Assembly: GCA_943789065.1 (NCBI GenBank)
Contig: CALSSQ010000001.1
Location: 651,827 to 715,826, forward strand
Source: an uncultured Candidatus Actinomarinales bacterium
GTDB lineage: Bacteria; Actinomycetota; Acidimicrobiia; Actinomarinales; Actinomarinaceae
Length of the DNA: 64,000 nucleotides
Direction: 5' to 3'
Both the position numbers and the translations under genes were made by a program. Positions 21,729 through 30,728 of the stretch are shown here, one piece after another (position 1 is the first letter of the stretch; each line of letters starts with the position of its first letter). The notes under the pieces were generated by a model. The model was not told the DNA's origin. It ran no database searches and worked only from the letters and a program-made list of their open reading frames with translations.

Positions 21729-22412
21729 TTACTTATTTCTATTCCGTTGTCTAGCAATTATATAGCCAAGTAGTAAGAGGGAAAATAATAAACCAACAAC
21801 ATAAACTTGTGTTAACTCTTGTGTGTTTGATGACATCAGGAAGGTTTGCTCAAGTAAACCTGAGTGTTGAAATATTATTTTATTATCTACAATATTTTCA
21901 ATTTTTGGTTCTGTTACTCTTCCCGGGAGCTGAATGCTTAAGCTACCAGAATAAATATTTTCTATTCCTTCTATCTCTTCATCTGCACCATTGAGTATTT
22001 TTGCAAAAGAACCTGAGATACTTCTTTTATTTCCATCAGAAGATATTGAAATATTAGATAAAGGGAGTAGCAACAGTTCAGTATTCTCATTTTCACGAAG
22101 AATTTCTAATTGATTCTCGAACTCTTCAATATTTTGAAAATTATTTCTGATTAAGATACCCAATTTATCATTATCCTCGTAAATAGTTGAGCCAAAACCA
22201 TCTGGCATAGCTGTAAGTATGGCATTTAAACCACCAATAGAAGTTTGGCCTGTCTCTACTGCGTATAGCTGTGCTTCTTGGTCAAGAAGAATAGCTATTC
22301 TGTAATCTCCAGAATTATCATCATTAAGTTCTATTTCCATTGTCCAAGTTGCTTCACATGCTGAGAAGAATAAAAATAAAAATACTATGAGAAGATTCTT
22401 AGATTTTTTCAT
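21729..22412 (-). CDS. lipoprotein with C-terminal TM anchor (LppM/DUF3153-like)
   Basis: Lipobox FSAC, IELNDDNSG, IQLPGRV, C-terminal hydrophobic helix and basic tail. Confidence 0.55.
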   Translation of the reverse strand: MKKSKNLLIVFLFLFFSACEATWTMEIELNDDNSGDYRIAILLDQEAQLYAVETGQTSIGGLNAILTAMPDGFGSTIYEDNDKLGILIRNNFQNIEEFENQLEILRENENTELLLLPLSNISISSDGNKRSISGSFAKILNGADEEIEGIENIYSGSLSIQLPGRVTEPKIENIVDNKIIFQHSGLLEQTFLMSSNTQELTQVYVVGLLFSLLLLGYIIARQRNRNK

Positions 22413-22971
22413 TTAGAATTCCAATCATTTTATTTGTAGCAATCTTGCGGTGACTAATACTATTTTTCTCCTCTGAAGATAATTCAGCAAGGGTTTTACC
22501 CTTATTTTCAAATATAGAATCATAACCAAATCCATTTGTACCTCTAGGTTTTTTAGTAATCATACCTTCAAGAATTCCATCTGTAGAAATTTCAGTTACA
22601 CCATCGTAGAAATATAAGACTGTTTGAAAGTATGCACTTCTATCCTCTTCTTCGATGAGGTTTGCCAACAGCTTGTCAATATTTTGAAGATCGGTTGCAT
22701 TCTCTCCTGCATACCTTTTTGAATGAAGGCCAGGCATCCCATCGAGTGAATTTACAAATAAACCAGAATCATCAGAAATTACAGGAACCTGATAATGATC
22801 ATAAATTTCATGTGCTTTTTTTTGAGCATTTTCTAAAATTGTATTTTTATCCTCCACAACATCTAATAAATCTTCTTTGTAGATAGCTTGATGGAAGTTA
22901 CCAGTATCATTTAATATTTTAGAAATTTCTCTATGCTTGTTGATATTTTTAGTTGCAAGAAGTATATTCAT
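22399..22971 (-). CDS. rdgB: non-canonical purine NTP pyrophosphatase (RdgB/HAM1)
   Basis: LATKNINK, DDSGL..L.G.PG, GFGYD, SHR; adjacent to rph. Confidence 0.95.
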   Translation of the reverse strand: MNILLATKNINKHREISKILNDTGNFHQAIYKEDLLDVVEDKNTILENAQKKAHEIYDHYQVPVISDDSGLFVNSLDGMPGLHSKRYAGENATDLQNIDKLLANLIEEEDRSAYFQTVLYFYDGVTEISTDGILEGMITKKPRGTNGFGYDSIFENKGKTLAELSSEEKNSISHRKIATNKMIGILNEKI

Positions 22972-23636
22972 TAGTCTTTTTGAAGAGTTATTATTTTTTC
23001 TATTTCTGGTTTTGTTATTTCAAATAACTTATCAAGATCTTCTTTGGAGAATGGTTTCTTCTCAGCAGTTCCTTGAATTTCTAGAATCTCAAAATTATCA
23101 TTTAATACAATATTTAAATCTACTTGCGCATTCGAATCATTTTTATAATCAAGATCAACTATGTACTCACCTTCAACAATTCCCACGGATAAAGCTGCAA
23201 CATGGTTCATCAAAGGATTTTGATTCATTTTTCCATTTTCAACTAATTTATTAAATGACTCGTTTAATGCTATCCATGAACCGTTAATTGAAGCTGTTCT
23301 CGTTCCACCATCAGCCTCTAAGACATCACAATCCACTGTTACTGAATATCCATTTAATAGTTTCAAATTACAAACTGCTCTTAATGACCTTCCAATCAAT
23401 CTAGAGATTTCCTTAGATCTTCCACCTTCATAAGATTTTCTAGGAACCCTGCTGCCCGATGAACCAGGGAGCATACTGTACTCAGCAGTTACCCATCCAG
23501 AATCTCCATTCTCAAGCCATCTTGGTAACCTATCCGAAATTGATACAGTTATCAAAACTTTTGTATTGCCAGACTCGTAAAGTACAGATGTATTTTTAGA
23601 ATTGATAAAATCTTTTGTTATTTTTATTTCCCTCAT
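22971..23636 (-). CDS. rph: ribonuclease PH
   Basis: GWVTAEYSMLP, EISRLIGRSLRA, DCDVLEADGGTRTASI, IQGTAE. Confidence 0.94.
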   Translation of the reverse strand: MREIKITKDFINSKNTSVLYESGNTKVLITVSISDRLPRWLENGDSGWVTAEYSMLPGSSGSRVPRKSYEGGRSKEISRLIGRSLRAVCNLKLLNGYSVTVDCDVLEADGGTRTASINGSWIALNESFNKLVENGKMNQNPLMNHVAALSVGIVEGEYIVDLDYKNDSNAQVDLNIVLNDNFEILEIQGTAEKKPFSKEDLDKLFEITKPEIEKIITLQKD

Positions 23637-23637
23637 G

Positions 23638-24288
23638 TTACGGTGAAAGCCTTTCTATTTTCCATTCATTATCTAATAAAGAATAAGAGAATCTATCGTG
23701 GGTCCTGTTATCTCTTCCCTGCCAAAATTCCCAATAAACTATTTTTATACTAAACCCACCCCAATTATCTGGTCTTTTGATTTCTTTATTTTTATATTTA
23801 ATTTCTAATTCAGCTATCTTTTCTTCAATCTCATCTCTCCCCTGTATTTTTTGGCTTTGATTTGAAACAATAGCACTCAGTTGACCACCTCTAGGCCTTG
23901 AGTTGAAATAATCATCAGATACTTCTGGTGAAGCTTTTTTACAAACACCTTCAAATCTAATCTGTCTATGAATCTCTGGCCAATAAAATACACCCGAAAC
24001 ATTAGGATTATTAAAGATTTCTTTCGCTTTAGGACTCTCGTAATGGCTATGGAAGATTATTTCCTCCTCTACAAGATCTTTGAATAAAACATATCTAGAT
24101 CGTGGCTTATTCTCATCTGTTACTGTAGAAATTGCCATTGCATTCGGCTCATTTGCTTCAATTTTTATAGCTTCATCTAACCATTTTTTGAATTGATTAA
24201 TCGGATTTTCGGAAAGTTCATTAACATCGAGCTCTTTATTTCCATATTCTTTTCTGAGAGATGCTAAAGTACTTGAAATTTTTTCCAT
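23638..24288 (-). CDS. pdxH: pyridoxamine 5'-phosphate oxidase
   Basis: EPNAM, SRPRG, EFWQGR.NR.HDR. Confidence 0.95.
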   Translation of the reverse strand: MEKISSTLASLRKEYGNKELDVNELSENPINQFKKWLDEAIKIEANEPNAMAISTVTDENKPRSRYVLFKDLVEEEIIFHSHYESPKAKEIFNNPNVSGVFYWPEIHRQIRFEGVCKKASPEVSDDYFNSRPRGGQLSAIVSNQSQKIQGRDEIEEKIAELEIKYKNKEIKRPDNWGGFSIKIVYWEFWQGRDNRTHDRFSYSLLDNEWKIERLSP

Positions 24289-26552
24289 TAACTAGATTTT
24301 ATATAATTTAAGGCCGATCCAGCTTTGAACCATGTTATCTGTTCATCGGATAGTGAGTGGTTGGTTGCAATAGCTAAAATTTTACCATCAGATTTTTCAA
24401 TATTGACAATCACCTGCTTTTCAGGCTCTATGTTAGAAGGATCTTCAATTGTTAACTTATCATCCTGTTCAATTAATTCATAATCATCTTTATTGTCGAA
24501 TGTTAAAGGCAGTATGCCCTGTTTTTTCAAATTTGCTTCATGAATTCTTGCAAAGCTTTTTACAAGGACTACTTTGCAACCTCGAAACCTAGGTTCCATA
24601 GCAGCATGTTCTCGAGAAGAACCTTCACCATAGTTTTCATCTCCAATTGCTATCCAGTTGATAGAGTTTTCATGATAACTTTTTGCAAGATCTGGTAGAG
24701 ACATAATTTCATTGGTTAATAGATTATTTCCCATTCCTGAATCTGTTGTATAGGAATTATTGACACCAATAAATAAATTTTGAGATATATTTTCTAGGTG
24801 GCCTCTAAACTGCAGCCACTTACCAGCTGGAGAAATATGATCTGTTGTGCATTTTCCATTTGCTTTCATTAACACAGTTAAAGAGTCGTAGTTATTTTTA
24901 TTAAATTCTTCAAATGGCTCTAATACTTGCAGCCTAGATGAGTTGGGATCAATAATTACTTCAATACCCTCAGTAGATTCAGAAGGTTGAATAAATCCCT
25001 CAAGAGTTTGTTCAAACCCCTCTGAAGGAAGTTCATCTGCAACAGGAGGGGTTAACTTTACTTCCTCCCCATTCTCGTTGGTAAGAGTTTCAGATAAAAA
25101 GTCGAAATCAAGAGATCCTCCTAAGGCAAGTCCAATAACACTTTCAGGTGATCCAATGAAAGATAAAGTTTCTGCATTGCCATCATTACGAGCTGGAAAG
25201 TTCCTATTGTAAGAAGATACAATTGAGTTGCTCTCTCCTTCTTTGATATCATCTCTTTTCCACTGTCCGATACAAGGTCCACAAGCATTTGCAAGTACTG
25301 TCGCACCAATTGCTTCCAAATCTTTTAAATAACCATCTCTTTCAATTGTTGCTCTAGTTTGTTCTGAGCCAGGAGTGACCATCAAAGGAACTTTTGATTT
25401 AAGTCCTTTTTTTGCAGCTTCACGTGCAATAAATGCTGCTCTTCCAATATCTTCATAAGATGAATTTGTACACGAACCGATTAATGCACTGGATATAGCT
25501 ATTGGATATTCATTCTTGAGTGCATCCTCTTTTAACTTTGAGACCGGTCTTGCTAAATCTGGTGTGTGAGGACCTACTATATGTGGCTCTAATGAATCAA
25601 GATTAATCTCTATAACTTGATCAAAATATTTTTCTGGAGACTCCAATACTTCCTCATCAGCAGTAAGAATATCCATATTCTCTGCAGCTAAGTTAGCTAA
25701 ATCTTCTCTATCTGTAGCGATTAAGTAGTCTTTACCTTTTTCATCAAAAGGGAATACTGAACATGTTGCTCCAATCTCAGCTCCCATGTTTGTAATTGTT
25801 GCTTTACCAGTAGTGGATATAGTTTTTGTTCCTTCTCCAAAATATTCGACAATTGCATTTGTCCCCCCTTTTACAGTTAATATTTCGGCAACTTTTAAAA
25901 TTATGTCTTTTGGAGCGGTCCATCCACTTATTGAGCCTGTAAGTTTTATACCAATTAACTTTGGTATTTTTGTATTAAATGGCATGCCCGCCATAACATC
26001 AACAGCATCAGCTCCACCGACACCTATAGCTATCATTCCTATTCCACCTGCATTTGGAGTGTGACTGTCAGTACCAATCATCATTCCACCTGGAAAGGCA
26101 TATTGCTCCAAGACAACTTGGTGAATAATTCCAGCTCCTGGTCCCCAGAAACCGATGCCATATTTTTCAGATGAAGACCTCAAAAAATCAAAAACTTCTT
26201 TATGGGTTTTATTGGCCACCTGAAGGTCATTATTAGCACCTTCATAGGCTTGGATTAGGTGGTCGCAATGCACTGTTGTAGGAACAGCTGTTTTAGGTAG
26301 TTCCGCTTGCATGAATTGAAGAATAGCCATTTGTGCTGTCGCATCTTGCATAGCTACCCTGTCAGGAAGGAAATCTCCAAAATCTTCGCCTTTGTTTAAA
26401 GAAATAGTTGTGACGTCCTTAGCGTGACCAAAGAGTAACTTCTCAGCGAGAGTAAGTGGAGCACTTTTTCTCTCTCTAAGAATTTCAATGTTATTTATTA
26501 TTTTCTTATAAGCATTTGAAACTAGTTCAACTTGGGTTCTAGATAAATCCAT
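24288..26552 (-). CDS. aconitate hydratase (mitochondrial-like ~750-aa type)
   Basis: DRVAMQDATAQMA, HCDHLI, GTDSHTPN, IGSCTNSS, ACGPCIG, GSSREHAA. Confidence 0.93.
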   Translation of the reverse strand: MDLSRTQVELVSNAYKKIINNIEILRERKSAPLTLAEKLLFGHAKDVTTISLNKGEDFGDFLPDRVAMQDATAQMAILQFMQAELPKTAVPTTVHCDHLIQAYEGANNDLQVANKTHKEVFDFLRSSSEKYGIGFWGPGAGIIHQVVLEQYAFPGGMMIGTDSHTPNAGGIGMIAIGVGGADAVDVMAGMPFNTKIPKLIGIKLTGSISGWTAPKDIILKVAEILTVKGGTNAIVEYFGEGTKTISTTGKATITNMGAEIGATCSVFPFDEKGKDYLIATDREDLANLAAENMDILTADEEVLESPEKYFDQVIEINLDSLEPHIVGPHTPDLARPVSKLKEDALKNEYPIAISSALIGSCTNSSYEDIGRAAFIAREAAKKGLKSKVPLMVTPGSEQTRATIERDGYLKDLEAIGATVLANACGPCIGQWKRDDIKEGESNSIVSSYNRNFPARNDGNAETLSFIGSPESVIGLALGGSLDFDFLSETLTNENGEEVKLTPPVADELPSEGFEQTLEGFIQPSESTEGIEVIIDPNSSRLQVLEPFEEFNKNNYDSLTVLMKANGKCTTDHISPAGKWLQFRGHLENISQNLFIGVNNSYTTDSGMGNNLLTNEIMSLPDLAKSYHENSINWIAIGDENYGEGSSREHAAMEPRFRGCKVVLVKSFARIHEANLKKQGILPLTFDNKDDYELIEQDDKLTIEDPSNIEPEKQVIVNIEKSDGKILAIATNHSLSDEQITWFKAGSALNYIKSS

Positions 26553-26590
26553 ATTGATGATTATATTATTGATTTCATCTAAAGATGGGG

Positions 26591-28051
26591 TTATCTAAAT
26601 TCAAGACAAGTTTTTTGAAAATCACAAAAATTACACCAATCACCTTCTGAAAATCCAGGTTGTAAGGCATCACTCGGATCCCATTGGCCTATAGTTTTAG
26701 CAATTGAATCAAACTTTTCCTTTAAAGCTTCAATCTGGTCGTGTGTAAATCTCCTTTCAACAATTTTTTCTTCTTTATCACTTACATAAATATGAAGGAC
26801 AACTACTTCTTTTTCCTTTGTTTGAATAAATGCACCTAATGCATAGAGCTCTGCTTCAGCTGAATGTTGAGGAAGCTGTGCCCCAGTTTTTAGTTCTACA
26901 ACTAGAGGAGCTCCATCCAGTCTGCCAACTAAATCAGCAGAACCCATAAATGTTGCAGCAATTTTACCCTCATAGACTTTATGACTTTTATTTTGAACTA
27001 TTGCATCCGTTATTGCAGTAAAACCAAGAACTCTTTCTCTTGCTGTTATTTCAAGATTATTAAAATCCTTAATTTGATTTAAGAGTTGTTCATATTTCTT
27101 AATTACTTCTATTGCAACTTCTCCATCTTCTTCTTTAAGCAAATTTTTCAATCTTTCTATTTCTCCTGATTTTTGAGAATCTTGATTGTTTAAAAGCATC
27201 ATTCCAGAGAATTTATGAAAACTAATTCCAACTTTCATTGGGAATGGATCGGACTCTTTTTCTTCTTTCGGAATGCCGTATTGTGTTTTCCATGCGAACT
27301 GTCTCTCACAATTATCTTTATTTAATAAGTTAGTTTTAGAAATAACAATTCCTCTATAACTTTTCTTAGTTCCTTCTCCATTGATACTGGGATATTCTCC
27401 GCATGAAGATGATCTCTCGCAAAGGGTACAATGATTCCCTGGTATAAGCTTTATGTTTTCATTGATAAAACCTTCAAGCAACAAAAAATTATCATCTATT
27501 ACCTCATCGGCATTTTCTATACTGCTAATTTCAAGTAAATCGTTGTTATAAAGATCTGCAACATAAAAGGTTTCATTTTCTAAACGTGTTTTTAAAATTA
27601 TTGCTTTGTCTAAATCACTAACACCCTTCTTACCAGTTTTTAACTTTACATATTCCGTAGAGACTTCATCTTCAAATTCAAATTGTGTGTGAGCATTAAT
27701 AAAAACTTCCTCATCATTTATAAACTTAGAAATACTACTGCTGGGAAAATCTGCATTCAGGTCTGCAGTATTTTTATGATATATATTTCTAAACTGCGAA
27801 AATAATTCTGAAGAAATTTTTTGCTGTAACTTGTCAAAATATTTGAAGTTGTTTTCTTCTGCTTGATTGATTGCAACTTCATTTGGAGCCTGATTTACTA
27901 ACCAGTCTATAATCGCATCATTAATACTTTTCCACCTTTGTAAGTTGGAATTTGGGGTATATGTTGTGTTGAATTTCTTATATTCGGATCCAGGACATTG
28001 TGCTATTTTATTAACTTTTGTAGTAGAAAAACTTAATGGCTTTTCGCTCAT
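26591..28051 (-). CDS. PD-(D/E)XK nuclease family protein with two tandem Cas4/AddB-like domains
   Basis: Two units each with an N-terminal Cys and a C-terminal CxxCx5C; unit 2 has G...H, GSAD, VELKTG and ExxxY. Confidence 0.75.
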   Translation of the reverse strand: MSEKPLSFSTTKVNKIAQCPGSEYKKFNTTYTPNSNLQRWKSINDAIIDWLVNQAPNEVAINQAEENNFKYFDKLQQKISSELFSQFRNIYHKNTADLNADFPSSSISKFINDEEVFINAHTQFEFEDEVSTEYVKLKTGKKGVSDLDKAIILKTRLENETFYVADLYNNDLLEISSIENADEVIDDNFLLLEGFINENIKLIPGNHCTLCERSSSCGEYPSINGEGTKKSYRGIVISKTNLLNKDNCERQFAWKTQYGIPKEEKESDPFPMKVGISFHKFSGMMLLNNQDSQKSGEIERLKNLLKEEDGEVAIEVIKKYEQLLNQIKDFNNLEITARERVLGFTAITDAIVQNKSHKVYEGKIAATFMGSADLVGRLDGAPLVVELKTGAQLPQHSAEAELYALGAFIQTKEKEVVVLHIYVSDKEEKIVERRFTHDQIEALKEKFDSIAKTIGQWDPSDALQPGFSEGDWCNFCDFQKTCLEFR

Positions 28052-28131
28052 ATATTAAAGATACTAAAAGGCATCTAAACTTTGAGTAATTAAAAAATAT
28101 ATTTTAAACATTTTTAAACAGCAAAAACACT

Positions 28132-28137
28132 TACAAT
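28132..28137 (+). promoter_or_regulatory. putative -10 element for the structured RNA candidate
   Basis: TACAAT lies 8 nt upstream of the 5' arm of the predicted closing stem. Confidence 0.4.
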
Positions 28138-28145
28138 ACCTTTAC

Positions 28146-28280
28146 AAAGTGAAGTAGATGTTTACTAAACTTTGAGGAAAAGAGGATTCGTTAGATTTAT
28201 AAAGATCTGACAAAAGAATTCTCTTTTCTGTTTCAAATCAAAAATATAAAAAGACCATGATTATCTAGACTTCTATCTTT
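28146..28280 (+). ncRNA. candidate rod-shaped ncRNA with central bubble (6S/Ms1-like fold)
   Basis: Manual pairing gives closing stem 28146-28160 with 28262-28280, an unpaired bubble, and apical stem 28171-28237 (about 28 bp with bulges); multiple G-U pairs favour the + strand. Confidence 0.5.
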
Positions 28281-28301
28281 AATAATTACTAAAATTACAG
28301 G

Positions 28302-30143
28302 ATGAACAGAAGAATAAGTAAAAGTTTTAAAACAATTTTTAAAAGTTTATATCCAAACTTTAATGAAAGTGAGATAGAAAACTCAGAAGAGTATTTTTTC
28401 TTTATATTAAGTAATTATCCTGATAAGTCTGAAATCATACAGTTAAAAGCTTTATTTTTTATATTTTCTTTCAAAGTAAGAACATTAATAATAAGAGATC
28501 AAAACATATCTAATTTAATAAATAAATTACAAAGTTCTAATGTAGAAACACTAAGAAAACTTGGCTTTAGCATTACTGCACTTTTTGGCTTGAGCACTGC
28601 TCGTTCACTCAGTGGAGAAGGTTCTGTATATAAATATCTAGATTATCCAGTTTATAAAAATTCAAAGATAAAAAAAAGAGAAAACTCTATTCCAAAAAAT
28701 CTTGAGGTTGCAGTAATTGGCAGTGGTGCAGGTGGAGGCATTGCAGCTAATTTATTGAATCAAAAATATGAAGTAGGTATATTTGATAAAGGTCATTTTC
28801 CAAATGGTGAAACAAATAACGAAACTTTTGGCTATCACAACTTCTATGAAACAAATGCAATTCAACAAACTCGAGGATACAAAGTTCAGCTTCTAGCTGG
28901 AATGGGTATTGGTGGAGGTACGAGTATTAACTGGACTACATCTCTTAGGACTCCTGACAATATCTTAAGTGAATGGGATGCTCTTACCCAACAGAATAAT
29001 CACTTTAATTCAGATTCATTTAATAAAAGCCTAGACTATATATGCCAAAACTTAAATGTTGATGAGACAAATAATAAAATTCCTCAAAAAGAAATCAAAT
29101 TGGCGCAGGGCCTAGACCTTAATAAAACCAGTTACAAAATAATTCCTAGGAATACTAAAAATAATGATTGTCTTGAGTCTGGTTTTAGTACATTTGGACA
29201 TTCTGATGACACTATAAATTCATCCTATAAATCTTGGTTTTCAAAAGATAAATTTAATGAAGAAAATATATACAGTAACACCCATGTAAAAAGCCTCTCT
29301 ATATTAAATGGCAAAGCAACTCATGTTAATGTTGAGCATAATGGCCAATCTTACTCAGTAGCAGTTGAAAAAGTAATACTAGCTTCAGGTTCTTTAAATA
29401 CACCAAAAATATTGCTGAATAGTGGTTATAAAAATAAACATCTCGGTCAGCATTTAAAGCTACACCCTGTTTCTGGAGTTGCTGGAAAGTTTTCTGAGTT
29501 ACAAAATCCATGGGCAGGGAGCATGCAGGGTATTTATTCAGATGATCATTTATTCAGGAAAGATAACTATGGATACCTCCTTGAGGGTCTACCAATGCAT
29601 CCAAGTCTTTTCTTTCCTTTCTTTCCAAACAATCAAGACGATTTTGGAGACTTTATCTCAAGTTATAATTATTGGTCAGGCTCAATTGTATTAACCTCTG
29701 ATACAAGTTCTGGTTCAATTATTAATAAAAACCCTCAACATTTATGGAAATACAACTTAAATGATTTTGATCATGGAAATTTATTACATGGAATAGAAAG
29801 CCTAGTTAAGGCAAACTTTTTAGCTGGTGCAGAAGAGATAATGGTTGCAACATCTCCAACTATGCATTGGAAAAGAGAATCAAATGAAGATATTGAAAGC
29901 TTTATAGGCAAAGTTAGAAAAGTTAGAAATGAGCCATTTCGAATACTCTTAGGTTCAGCTCATCAAATGGGAACCGCCAGAATACATCCAAATCCCTCTG
30001 AAGGTGTTGTTGACTTAAATGGAAAAGTGCATGGACTCGAAAATGTTTATATAACTGACTCCTCAACGTTCCCAAGATGTTCTGGAGTCAATCCTATGAT
30101 TACCATCCAAGCAATGAGTCATTTCTTAGCAAGTAAAATTTGA
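28302..30143 (+). CDS. GMC oxidoreductase, long-chain alcohol oxidase-like
   Basis: GSGAGG FAD motif, GGGTSINW, LHP, SAHQMGTAR, GVNPMITI. Confidence 0.85.
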   Translation: MNRRISKSFKTIFKSLYPNFNESEIENSEEYFFFILSNYPDKSEIIQLKALFFIFSFKVRTLIIRDQNISNLINKLQSSNVETLRKLGFSITALFGLSTARSLSGEGSVYKYLDYPVYKNSKIKKRENSIPKNLEVAVIGSGAGGGIAANLLNQKYEVGIFDKGHFPNGETNNETFGYHNFYETNAIQQTRGYKVQLLAGMGIGGGTSINWTTSLRTPDNILSEWDALTQQNNHFNSDSFNKSLDYICQNLNVDETNNKIPQKEIKLAQGLDLNKTSYKIIPRNTKNNDCLESGFSTFGHSDDTINSSYKSWFSKDKFNEENIYSNTHVKSLSILNGKATHVNVEHNGQSYSVAVEKVILASGSLNTPKILLNSGYKNKHLGQHLKLHPVSGVAGKFSELQNPWAGSMQGIYSDDHLFRKDNYGYLLEGLPMHPSLFFPFFPNNQDDFGDFISSYNYWSGSIVLTSDTSSGSIINKNPQHLWKYNLNDFDHGNLLHGIESLVKANFLAGAEEIMVATSPTMHWKRESNEDIESFIGKVRKVRNEPFRILLGSAHQMGTARIHPNPSEGVVDLNGKVHGLENVYITDSSTFPRCSGVNPMITIQAMSHFLASKI

Positions 30144-30144
30144 G

Positions 30145-30648
30145 TTAAGGATAATTCTTTTCTGGTGCAAAATGTTTAAATGCATTTTCACCTAAATCAA
30201 TAAAAAGAGCTCTCGACTCTACATGAATCTTCTCTTTAGTTCTAATGACTGATTCTGTTGATATTTTTTTTCCGTCGATATCTTTCACCCATGCAAATAA
30301 TTCATATTCTTTCTCAACTGGGACTGGGGTAATAAAGTTTACTTCTAAATTTGCTGTTACACACATTCTATTGTGAAGGACTGTTGCGTATCCCATTAAA
30401 TCATCAAGTGCGGCCGATAAAATTCCACCATGTACTAAACCAGGTCCACCCGCAAAACGATCTTCAAAAATGTAGTTAGCATATACAAAATTATTTTTTA
30501 CGATAGGCTTCATTCTCATACTTTGTGGATTTTTACTCCCACTTACAAATGAGGAGTCAGGATAAATATCCTGAAGTAGCATGCCTTCTTCCCAAACTGT
30601 TTTACTGGGAAGAGGTAAAGATATTCCTGAGATGTATTTATATTCCAT
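30145..30648 (-). CDS. PaaI family thioesterase
   Basis: GGPGLVHGGILSAALDD; TANLEVNF..PVP. Confidence 0.88.
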   Translation of the reverse strand: MEYKYISGISLPLPSKTVWEEGMLLQDIYPDSSFVSGSKNPQSMRMKPIVKNNFVYANYIFEDRFAGGPGLVHGGILSAALDDLMGYATVLHNRMCVTANLEVNFITPVPVEKEYELFAWVKDIDGKKISTESVIRTKEKIHVESRALFIDLGENAFKHFAPEKNYP

Positions 30649-30728
30649 AGAAATAACTTACTACGTTAGTAATTTTTTCTTTAGATTTCATTAATAACCT
30701 AGTTTTAAATTAAGTATTTAATTAAGGA

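Noticed and set aside
28052..28301. Possible CRISPR array or leader next to the Cas4-like gene
   Set aside because: No repeat-spacer periodicity. The only direct repeat is a short TTTTAAACA duplication (28102-28120), and there is no cas1/cas2 in the window.
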